Source: an uncultured bacterium (lineage in GTDB: Bacteria > Auribacterota > JACPWU01). Taken from it: a stretch of DNA of 32,000 bases. The DNA lies in the NCBI GenBank assembly GCA_964640155.1, contig CAZXEQ010000005.1, positions 60,001 to 92,000 of the forward strand, read 5' to 3'. Of this stretch, positions 8,554 to 16,081 are shown in pieces (position 1 is the stretch's first letter; each line of letters opens with the position of its first letter). The translations under genes and the position numbers were made by a program. The notes beneath the pieces are model-generated. The model saw nothing but the letters and a program-made list of their open reading frames with translations, was not told the DNA's origin and did not search any database.

Positions 8554-9725
8554 TTTTGGGTTATCACCTGTTTTATAGCGCAAATCACATCTTCAACATC
8601 TTTATCTGAAAGTTTGGCAGAAATAGGTAAACTCATGGTCTGTCTTCCAATACGCATCGCATTTGGAAAATCTTCCGGCCGCCAACCAAATGTTTTTTGA
8701 TAATAAGGATGTTCAGGAATACTCAAGTAATGCACCCCTACCCCAATATGATGCGCTGTCATCGCATCTAGAAAACGATCCCGACTGATTCTAGTCTTTT
8801 CTTCATCAATCAAAATTGTATATAAATGATATGCATGACGCGTGCCCATTTCAGGAGAAGCTGGTAATCGAAGAGGTAACAAAGCAAACGCCTCGTTGTA
8901 GCGTGTCCAAACAGCTTGTCGACGCTGCCAATAATTTTCTATTTTTTTAAGTTGATGAATGCCTACGGCCGCTTGTAAATCCATCATGTTGTACTTAAAT
9001 CCACATTCCATCACATAATAATGCTTATAACCTTCATCTCCAAATCGTTTCCACGCATCTTTATCCATCCCATGAAGCGCTAACATTTTAATTCTTGCAG
9101 CATCCTCTTCACGCTTTGTCAAAACCATTCCACCTTCCCCTGTCACAATATTTTTTGTGACATAAAAACTAAAACAACCAAAATCTCCAAAGGTTCCTAC
9201 TTTACGTCCTTTATATTCTGATTCAATCGCGTGTGCACAATCTTCAATCACTTTTAAATGATGCTTGGAGGCAATGGCCATGATGGCATTCATATCACAT
9301 GGGCGACCTGCAAAATGAACAGGAAGAATAGCTCGCGTCTTGGAAGTGATTCGTCTTTCTATATCCTTCGGATCAATATTAAAAGTCATCGGATTTACAT
9401 CTGTAAGAACAGGGGTCACACCTGCATGAATGATGGCATTGACCGTAGAACAAAAGGTAAGAGCCGTTGTAATGACTTCATCGCCAGGTTTTAAATCACA
9501 CGCCAATAAACTTAAATGCAAAGCTGCCGTACAAGAATTAACTGCAACAGCATGTTCAGCTTTTTTATATGCTCTAAAGTCACTTTCAAATTGGGAAACT
9601 TTAGGACCTGTCCCCAACCAACCGCTTCTCATGCTTGCAACAACTTCCTGAATTTCAGCCTCTTCAATGATAGGGGCCCCAAATACAAGAAATTGATCTT
9701 TAGAACGTATAGGAGAAGAATTCAT
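8550..9725 (-). CDS. DegT/DnrJ/EryC1/StrS-family PLP-dependent sugar aminotransferase
   Basis: 391 aa. Motifs FLVFGAPIIEEAEI, NSCTAALHLSL, and FSFYVTKNIVTGEGGMV with the PLP-lysine. First gene of the cassette. Confidence 0.9.
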   Translation of the reverse strand: MNSSPIRSKDQFLVFGAPIIEEAEIQEVVASMRSGWLGTGPKVSQFESDFRAYKKAEHAVAVNSCTAALHLSLLACDLKPGDEVITTALTFCSTVNAIIHAGVTPVLTDVNPMTFNIDPKDIERRITSKTRAILPVHFAGRPCDMNAIMAIASKHHLKVIEDCAHAIESEYKGRKVGTFGDFGCFSFYVTKNIVTGEGGMVLTKREEDAARIKMLALHGMDKDAWKRFGDEGYKHYYVMECGFKYNMMDLQAAVGIHQLKKIENYWQRRQAVWTRYNEAFALLPLRLPASPEMGTRHAYHLYTILIDEEKTRISRDRFLDAMTAHHIGVGVHYLSIPEHPYYQKTFGWRPEDFPNAMRIGRQTMSLPISAKLSDKDVEDVICAIKQVITQK

Positions 9726-9732
9726 TAAATTA

Positions 9733-9741
9733 ATTCTATCA
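9733..9741 (-). promoter_or_regulatory. Extended -10 promoter element TGATAGAAT, 7 nt upstream of the DegT ATG
   Basis: The minus strand reads TGATAGAAT-TAATTTA-ATG(9725). No SD-like purine tract lies between. The same 9-mer at the same spacing occurs at 29091-29099. Confidence 0.4.
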
Positions 9742-9797
9742 TTTTATAGAACGTTCTGGGGATGAAAGAGTTTTACATACTGCAAATGAATTCATAA

Positions 9798-9874
9798 TTG
9801 TTCATTAGAAAGTTCCTTTGAGTTCGTTTCCCTCGCTGGGGGAAACGAACGCGTCTGAACATTCTGATGAACAA
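9798..9874. repeat. Structured palindromic intergenic element (short copy, 77 bp, opposite orientation)
   Basis: Termini TTGTTCATTAGAA/TTCTGATGAACAA (12/13 complementary). Hairpin GTTCGTTTCC/GGAAACGAAC (9822-9831/9841-9850). Aligns to the reverse complement of 6085-6211 through TCCTTTGAGTT...GAACATTCT[A/G]AT. Confidence 0.7.
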
Positions 9875-9991
9875 TAAGAAATACAATAAGATTAATTAAT
9901 TATTTCTTCGTTTTTGCTAAAAAAGTTTTATACTACTGATAAATAGCTTCTTAATCAGTCATCATTAAATGTTTTTATTACATAAACTTCC

Positions 9992-11230
9992 ATGCCAAGA
10001 CTGTTTTTGTTTATTCTTGTATTATTCACACATCTGGGCCATTTTTCTTTTTCGGATGTTCAATCCAAACTTCCATGGGATCATTTAAAAAAATATAATG
10101 ATGCGCTCACACTTAAAGACTTTAAAGAACTCGCAAAAGTTTATTCTCCTGATGGAAGCCTTTATGCTTATATTGAGATAACGCCTCATTACATTGACAT
10201 TTATTCAGAACCTACAAAAACCAAACCTGCCCTTTTTCGTTTACTTCTTGCTCAAAACCAGAATTCAAAGAAAAAAAATTTACCTTTTTTTAAAAATTTT
10301 AAAGAACAGGCTACATCTCAAAAGCCTCTTCAGGGATTACGAATCTTGATTGATCCCGGCCATATTGGAGGCTCTTACGCAAAAATGGAACAGAGAGTTT
10401 TGCGTCGAGAGGATGGAGCTACTATTCAAGAAGGAGACCTCAATCTTAAAACAGCGTTTCTACTTCAAAAACAACTTACCTACTATGGAGCTAAAGTTTA
10501 TCTCACAAAAAACAAGCTGGCTCCTATTACACAAAAAAAACCCCAAGATTTTCTAAAACAAGCTAAAACAAAAACCAACAAAGAAACCATAGAAAACAAC
10601 AGCATCTCCCAAGAAATTCTTGTTGAGAAAAATATGAATCGTCTTTTTTATCGAGAGAGTGAAATTAGAGCAAGGGCTGAAATGGCTCGAAGAATTAAAC
10701 CTGATTTAACCCTTTGCATTCATTACAATGCTACTCCTGCATCCCTTGAGAACCCATGGACAATTGATAATCGCTTGGTTATTTTTGTGCATGGGAGCTA
10801 CGAACCCAACGAACTCGGCAGTGAAGAACAATTATTTAGACTTTTTTCAAAACTTTTAGAAAATTCATCTCCTACCGAAATTGCAATTGCAGAAAAAATA
10901 GCGACTTCTATGCAAAAAACCACAGGACTCCCTGCCGTGGAATATATTCCTAGCTCCCAATACATTAAAGTTGGCAAAAATCCTTGTCTTTATGCACGTA
11001 ATCTTGCAGCTAACCGACTTTATCCGGGCCCTGTGATTTATCTGGAACCCTATTATCAAAACAACCAGCTGGTATTTGATCGATTGATTGCGGGAGATTA
11101 TAAAGGGATTAGAAAAATTCAGGGACAAGATTATAGAAGTATTTTCAGGGATTATGCAGATGGAGTGACAAAAGGAATTTTAGAATTCTTTAATACCTTA
11201 CGAACATCGAAGCATCGACAAAAAAATTAA
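9992..11230 (+). CDS. N-acetylmuramoyl-L-alanine amidase (Amidase_3 family), secreted
   Basis: N-terminal signal-like MPRLFLFILVLFTHLG. Amidase_3 zinc/catalytic blocks ILIDPGHIGG, EGDLNLKTAFLLQKQLTYYGAKVYLTK, LCIHYNA and VIYLEPYYQNN. Confidence 0.7.
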   Translation: MPRLFLFILVLFTHLGHFSFSDVQSKLPWDHLKKYNDALTLKDFKELAKVYSPDGSLYAYIEITPHYIDIYSEPTKTKPALFRLLLAQNQNSKKKNLPFFKNFKEQATSQKPLQGLRILIDPGHIGGSYAKMEQRVLRREDGATIQEGDLNLKTAFLLQKQLTYYGAKVYLTKNKLAPITQKKPQDFLKQAKTKTNKETIENNSISQEILVEKNMNRLFYRESEIRARAEMARRIKPDLTLCIHYNATPASLENPWTIDNRLVIFVHGSYEPNELGSEEQLFRLFSKLLENSSPTEIAIAEKIATSMQKTTGLPAVEYIPSSQYIKVGKNPCLYARNLAANRLYPGPVIYLEPYYQNNQLVFDRLIAGDYKGIRKIQGQDYRSIFRDYADGVTKGILEFFNTLRTSKHRQKN

Positions 11231-12510
11231 AATATTACGTTTGACTCTAAATCCTTTTTTTCTTCGTACGGCAAAAAGAAAATAGTAATCATCCCAGGAA
11301 TCGTCAATAAACAAACCCATACAAAAAAAGAAACATATCCTAATCTTTCCTGAAGAAAACCACTGATCATCCCAGGAATTCTCATTCCTAAAGCCATAAT
11401 TCCTGTTGAAATTGCAAAATGAGAGGTTTTATAAGGGCCTTTTGAAATATTAACTAAAAAGACCATAAAAGCTGAAAAACCTAATCCATATCCAAACTGC
11501 TCCGCTGCAACCATGGAATAAACATAAGGTAAAGTTGGTTTTGCATAAGCTAAATAGACATAAAAAATATCGGGAAGATTCAAAGCCAACGCCATGGGCC
11601 ACAGACATCGTTTTAAACCAAATTTAGAAATCAGCCATCCCCCCAAGATTCCACCCAGAATCAACCCCCCTACTCCAATGGTCCCATAAATAAGTCCCAC
11701 TTGTTCAGTTCTTAAACCAAGTCCTCCTACCTCAGGGCTATCCAATAAAAAGGGTGATGCCATTTTGACCAGCATCGCCTCTCCCAAACGATACAAGAGA
11801 ATAAACGCTAAGATGCTGATAATTTTCTTTTGTTGAAAATATGAACGAATAATTTCTAAAAATGTTTTAAAACTAAAATCTATTTTTGAAGAAAGGGCTC
11901 CATCTTCAGATGGGAAAGGTAAATTAAAGCGATGATATAAAAAGAGAATAAGAAATATCACGGCGGCAACAGCAAATGTGACTTGCCAGCTGAAAGCAAT
12001 GTTTCCTGTTACTCTTTCCAAACTTCCAGCTAAATAAACAAGAACGCCAGAACCAAAAATCATCGCAAAGCGATAAAATAAGTTGCGAATTCCAACAAAA
12101 AAAGCCTGATCTTTTGGAGAAAGCGCAAGCATGTAAAACCCATCAATTGCCATATCTTGTGTTGCAGATAGAAAGGCTCCAACTGTTAAACCCACAAGAG
12201 AAAGAAAAAAGAAAAAAGAAGAGCCCATCACCAAAGACATATACAAGAGAAAAAAGAAAAGACCCAACTGTGTCCAAAGAATCCAATTTCTCTTTGTTGA
12301 GAAAGAGTCTACACAGGGACCCCAAAACATTTTAATCACCCAGACAAAAGCCACCAACTCTGTCCAAAAGGCAATACTCGAGTTTGCAATACCTAATCGT
12401 TTAAACACAATAATGGCAACACTGTTGATGAGAACATATGGGACTCCTTCTGAAAAATAAAGGGAAGGAATGAAAAACCAGGGATGACGATTGAAAGCTG
12501 TCTTATTCAA
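11227..12510 (-). CDS. ampG: MFS permease, AmpG (muropeptide/PAT) family
   Basis: 427-aa protein with about 12 TM segments. N-terminus WFFIPSLYFSEGVPYVLINSVAIIVFKRLG is AmpG-like. TTG start overlaps the upstream stop (TTGA, 12507-12510). Its 3' end overlaps the amidase gene by 4 nt. Confidence 0.6.
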   Translation of the reverse strand: MNKTAFNRHPWFFIPSLYFSEGVPYVLINSVAIIVFKRLGIANSSIAFWTELVAFVWVIKMFWGPCVDSFSTKRNWILWTQLGLFFFLLYMSLVMGSSFFFFLSLVGLTVGAFLSATQDMAIDGFYMLALSPKDQAFFVGIRNLFYRFAMIFGSGVLVYLAGSLERVTGNIAFSWQVTFAVAAVIFLILFLYHRFNLPFPSEDGALSSKIDFSFKTFLEIIRSYFQQKKIISILAFILLYRLGEAMLVKMASPFLLDSPEVGGLGLRTEQVGLIYGTIGVGGLILGGILGGWLISKFGLKRCLWPMALALNLPDIFYVYLAYAKPTLPYVYSMVAAEQFGYGLGFSAFMVFLVNISKGPYKTSHFAISTGIMALGMRIPGMISGFLQERLGYVSFFVWVCLLTIPGMITIFFLPYEEKKDLESNVIF

Positions 12511-12734
12511 GACATCACATTCTTTTTACGAATGGATCGAATGATCAAAAAAGCAACTGAACCTGTAATCACAAAAGGTAAACTCACCATCAAAAGGATG
12601 CTCCAATAATATCCTTCAGCTAACGCTTTTGCACTTTCTGTCGCCAAGGCATCTTTACAATTGGGGCAAGCAAACAAAAATGATTGCTGAATAAATAAAA
12701 GCCCCGTGAGAAGAAAATATTTCATTTTTTGCAT
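12507..12734 (-). CDS. Small membrane protein with signal peptide, CPNC motif and C-terminal TM helix (unknown function)
   Basis: 75-aa ORF immediately upstream of ampG and coupled to it. A promoter-like TTGACC-N17-TAAGAT ends 6 nt before its ATG. Confidence 0.45.
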   Translation of the reverse strand: MQKMKYFLLTGLLFIQQSFLFACPNCKDALATESAKALAEGYYWSILLMVSLPFVITGSVAFLIIRSIRKKNVMS

Positions 12735-12740
12735 GGACGT

Positions 12741-12769
12741 ATCTTAGAATAAGGAATAAATAAGGTCAA
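12741..12769 (-). promoter_or_regulatory. Sigma-70-type promoter TTGACC-N17-TAAGAT, 6 nt upstream of ATG 12734
   Basis: The minus strand reads TTGACC (12769-12764), a 17-nt spacer, TAAGAT (12746-12741), ACGTCC, then ATG. Confidence 0.45.
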
Positions 12770-12795
12770 TTACTAAGCCCTCTCCATTTTTTATT

Positions 12796-13044
12796 CTAAG
12801 CCCCCATTTCTTTGGCCACTTTTTCAACAAAGGCATTGGCTTCTGTTAATGTAGACTTCTTTTCACGATGATAGAAAATAGCTGCATCTGCTTTCTTACC
12901 CTGACGAATCAGATCTTTAATTTTTTCTGTTGTTTCATCTGGAAATGGCAATTTCAAATGTTCATAAAGAGAAATAAGCTTTTTTTCTAATCTCATCACT
13001 TTATCTTCCAAAGCCTCTACTCTTGCTTGTGCGAATTGGTCCAT
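12796..13044 (-). CDS. Small protein: N-terminal coiled coil plus L7/L12-C-terminal-domain-like motif
   Basis: 82-aa ORF preceded by AAAGGAG 7 nt from the ATG. The C-terminus GKKADAAIFYHREKKSTLTEANAFVEKV resembles the GKKIxAIKxxRExTGxxLKEAKxxVE motif. Confidence 0.5.
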   Translation of the reverse strand: MDQFAQARVEALEDKVMRLEKKLISLYEHLKLPFPDETTEKIKDLIRQGKKADAAIFYHREKKSTLTEANAFVEKVAKEMGA

Positions 13045-13076
13045 AATTAGTCTCCTTTATACTGCTTCGAGTACTA

Positions 13077-13124
13077 CAGGGCCGATCGAAAGTCCTTCGG
13101 ACTATCAAATAAATAGCGGCCCTG
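13077..13124 (-). other. GC-rich nested stem-loop immediately after the rsmA stop
   Basis: CAGGGCCG (13077-13084) pairs with CGGCCCTG (13117-13124). It encloses the hairpin AGTCC-TTC-GGACT (13091-13103). No U-tract follows on the transcribed (minus) strand. Confidence 0.55.
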
Positions 13125-13997
13125 TTAGTATAATAAGTGTGCAAGTTTAACAAAATCTTCTAATTTTAAATCCTCTGCTCTAGCCTGAAGATTAATATGA
13201 CATTGAACAAAAGCATCTTCAAGTTTTAGTTTTAATTGAGGGATTTCTGTGAAACTCGTAAGAGAATTTTTTAAAGTCTTTCTTCGTTGTGAAAAACTTG
13301 CTCTGATCAAACGAAAAAGAAATTCACTCTGAGATTTCGAAAGCCCAAAACCTAAATCTCTGAATCGAAATTCCAAAATCCCTGTATCTATTTCTGGCTC
13401 TGGATAAAAGCAGGTTTTCTTCACACGCATGACTTTTTTAACTTCTGTAAAATATTCAGTCAAAAGCGTCAAACTCCCATAATCTTTAGAGTTTGGTTTG
13501 GCCAAAAGCCTTTCAGCCACTTCCCACTGAAAAGCCAGAACCATTCTTTCGGGTTGAATAGGACATTCTAAAAGCTTTATCAGAATTAAGGTCGAAATAC
13601 GATAAGGAAGATTTCCAATGATTTTAAATTGTCCAGGAGAAACAACTCGTTGAAGTAAGCTAGGAATTAAAACCTCTAAATTTGTTTCTAGAAAATCTTG
13701 ATTTTGAAGAGAAAAATTTTGATTGAGAGAAAATCTTTCTTTTAAAAATTCTGCAAATCTTTTATCAATTTCAATCGCTTGGAGATGATGCACGGCTGGG
13801 ATCAAAAAACCTGTTAAAGCTCCTAAACCTGGACCAATTTCCAAGACAACATCTTGAGGAGAAGGTTCCAAAGCAGTCACAATTTTCTCTAACACATTTC
13901 GATCTACAAGAAAACTTTGACCAAAACGGCGATTAGGAGTGACCAATCGTTCTGAAAGAATTTTTTGAACTTCACGTTTACTTAAGAAAGGGTCCAT
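13125..13997 (-). CDS. rsmA: 16S rRNA (adenine1518/1519-N6)-dimethyltransferase RsmA/KsgA
   Basis: RFGQSFLVDRNVLEKIV, VLEIGPGLGALT and IGNLPYRIST motifs. I chose ATG 13997 (Met39 of the tracked ORF), 4 nt after the pdxA stop. The longer ORF would overlap pdxA by 110 nt. Confidence 0.9.
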   Translation of the reverse strand: MDPFLSKREVQKILSERLVTPNRRFGQSFLVDRNVLEKIVTALEPSPQDVVLEIGPGLGALTGFLIPAVHHLQAIEIDKRFAEFLKERFSLNQNFSLQNQDFLETNLEVLIPSLLQRVVSPGQFKIIGNLPYRISTLILIKLLECPIQPERMVLAFQWEVAERLLAKPNSKDYGSLTLLTEYFTEVKKVMRVKKTCFYPEPEIDTGILEFRFRDLGFGLSKSQSEFLFRLIRASFSQRRKTLKNSLTSFTEIPQLKLKLEDAFVQCHINLQARAEDLKLEDFVKLAHLLY

Positions 13998-14001
13998 AAA
14001 A

Positions 14002-14982
14002 TTAGTCCATTCGATGGACTTTTTTACACAACTTCGCAGCCAATAAGATAGCTTCAAGCATACTCTCTTCTCTGGCCGTATTCTTACCTGCAATATCAAA
14101 AGCTGTTCCATGATCAGGAGAAGTTCTCACAAAAGGAAGACCCAATGTCACATTCACTGCTTCATCAAAAGCAATGATTTTCAAAGGGGCTAAGGCTTGA
14201 TCATGAAACATGGCAACCACTCCATCATATTTACCGCGATACGCATGATAAAATAAAGCATCACCTGAAAAAGGTCCTTCTGCTTTTATATTTTTGCGTT
14301 TCGCCTCTTGTACCGCAGGTTTAATTACTTCTTTTTCTTCTTTTCCCCCATCTTCTCCCCCATGAGGATTAAGGCTAGTCACAGCAATTTTTGGTTTTTT
14401 AATTCCTAGTTTTTTCAACGCATCATTAAAAAGTTGGATCACCTTTAAAATTCTTTCCTTTGTAATAGCACGCGCTATTTTTATGACCGGAAGATGATTT
14501 GTCACCAAAGCTATTTTCAAACGCGAGCTAGCCATCATCATCACAACATCATTTACTTTTGTCCAACCAGCTAACAATTCTGTATGCCCTTGAAAAGGAA
14601 TTCCTGCCTGAACAATGCTTCCCTTATGAACAGGAGCTGTCACCATCCCATGTATTCTACCTTGAGAAATATCTTTAAAAGCAGCACTCAAACAATCAAT
14701 TGCTAGTCTAGCTGTTTCTTTTCTAGGCTTGCCCGAAGAGACCCAATTAAGTGGGATAGAACTAACTGGACGAATAAGAATTTGCTTGGGACGAGAACGA
14801 CCAAAAAGAATTTCACGAAGAGGAATTTTTTGTTTTTGAGCTAGAAATTCTAAGACACCGGCAGGAGCGTAAACCCAAGGCTCACAAACTTTCCAAACGT
14901 TACGATGTACTAGGGCTTTGAAAACAACTTCAGGCCCAATGCCTCCAATATCTCCAATGGTGATTCCAAGAATGGGTTTCAT
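14002..14982 (-). CDS. pdxA: 4-hydroxythreonine-4-phosphate dehydrogenase PdxA
   Basis: ITIGDIGGIGPEV, GHTELLA and RTSPDHGTAFDIAGKNTA motifs. ATG 14982 (MKPILG...) has GGAG 8 nt upstream. The tracked start at 14988 is TTG. Confidence 0.9.
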   Translation of the reverse strand: MKPILGITIGDIGGIGPEVVFKALVHRNVWKVCEPWVYAPAGVLEFLAQKQKIPLREILFGRSRPKQILIRPVSSIPLNWVSSGKPRKETARLAIDCLSAAFKDISQGRIHGMVTAPVHKGSIVQAGIPFQGHTELLAGWTKVNDVVMMMASSRLKIALVTNHLPVIKIARAITKERILKVIQLFNDALKKLGIKKPKIAVTSLNPHGGEDGGKEEKEVIKPAVQEAKRKNIKAEGPFSGDALFYHAYRGKYDGVVAMFHDQALAPLKIIAFDEAVNVTLGLPFVRTSPDHGTAFDIAGKNTAREESMLEAILLAAKLCKKVHRMD

Positions 14983-14988
14983 GAACAA

Positions 14989-15076
14989 GTCTCCAGTCGC
15001 CAGTCTTCGGTCACCAGTTCACAAGGAATATATTTATTTCCTACAAGCTGGAGACAGGAGACCGATGACTAAAAAC
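14989..15076 (-). repeat. Two inverted arrays of heptamer repeats (GTCNCCA-type) in the surA-like/pdxA spacer
   Basis: Plus-strand tandem heptamers GTCTCCA GTCGCCA GTCTTCG GTCACCA GTTCACA (14989-15023). The inverted array is TACAAGC TGGAGAC AGGAGAC CGATGAC TAAAAAC (15042-15076). A GGAA...TTCC mini-hairpin lies between them. Confidence 0.6.
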
Positions 15077-16062
15077 TAATAGATAGCAATATGAGCTTTT
15101 TTCTTCAGCTCACCCACCCACTTTTTATGGATAACCTCAACCTTTTCTTGATAGAGCTGATCTTGTATTTCAGCCCAAGCTTCGGAAAGAGGTTTTACAC
15201 GTGATTGTTTCTTTGCATTCAAAATAACAATATGAAATCCTAGTTCGCTTTCAATAATGTCGCTGGTGTGCCCCACTTCCAAGGAAAAAGCTTCATTCTC
15301 AATTTCCTTCATCAAATCCCCTTTTGAGAAAAAAGGAAGGTTTCCACCCTCTTTTGCATAAGGACCTTCGGAAAACTCCTTCGCAACTGCTTCAAAAGAA
15401 GTCCCTTCATCTAAACGTTTTTTAGCTTCCTGAATTTTATGATAGGCAGCTTCTCGGTCCTTTTCTTTCTTAATCAGAATTTGCCCTACTTGAATTTGTT
15501 CCGGATCAGAATATTTAGAAATATTCTTCTCATAATAATCTGCAATTTCCTTTGGTCTTACAATAACGGATCGAGAAACCTCCTGACGCGTAAGTGTTCG
15601 TACCAAGAGCTGCTCATGAATATCTTCTCGAAGTTGATCAACCGTCATACCTTCTTTCCCTAAAGCAAAATAGAACTCTTCTTCAGAGTCAAACTTGGAT
15701 TTAATTTGTTTTAACCGTGCTTCAGCATCTTTTTCATCCACCTGAAGATTTTTCTTCTTCGCCTCTTGCAAAACAAGCTTTCTTTCAATAAGTTGATCTA
15801 AAGCTTCTTTGCGAGCCTCGACCAATCTTTTCTCTAACTCTTCTCCAGAATAAGATCTTTTATATTTAGCATACAAAGGTCGCAGCATTTGATCGAGCTC
15901 TTGAGAAGTTACAATCTCTCCATTCACATCTGCTACCACACGAGAAATCACAGCTGATTCAGAATAGATGAGATGAGAAAAAAACATCAAAGAAAGGATA
16001 AAAATTGAAGCTACATTTATTTTCAGAGTTTGATTTTTCATTTTCTCGCTTGGGTTATTCAT
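15076..16062 (-). CDS. Periplasmic peptidyl-prolyl isomerase, SurA-like (SurA_N-type chaperone region plus one parvulin domain)
   Basis: Signal peptide. Parvulin block ILIKKE...SEGPYAKEGGNLPFFSKGDLMKEIENEAFSLEVGHTSDIIESELGFHIVIL. Gene order surA-like, pdxA, rsmA as in proteobacterial operons. An alternative start is Met8 at 16041. Confidence 0.8.
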   Translation of the reverse strand: MNNPSEKMKNQTLKINVASIFILSLMFFSHLIYSESAVISRVVADVNGEIVTSQELDQMLRPLYAKYKRSYSGEELEKRLVEARKEALDQLIERKLVLQEAKKKNLQVDEKDAEARLKQIKSKFDSEEEFYFALGKEGMTVDQLREDIHEQLLVRTLTRQEVSRSVIVRPKEIADYYEKNISKYSDPEQIQVGQILIKKEKDREAAYHKIQEAKKRLDEGTSFEAVAKEFSEGPYAKEGGNLPFFSKGDLMKEIENEAFSLEVGHTSDIIESELGFHIVILNAKKQSRVKPLSEAWAEIQDQLYQEKVEVIHKKWVGELKKKAHIAIY

Positions 16063-16081
16063 GATGCTTTTGACAAAGCAG

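Noticed and set aside
9876-9908. AT-only hairpin AAGAAATA...TATTTCTT followed by CGTTTTT
   Set aside because: No upstream plus-strand gene exists for it to terminate, and an all-A/T 8-bp stem is expected by chance in this composition.
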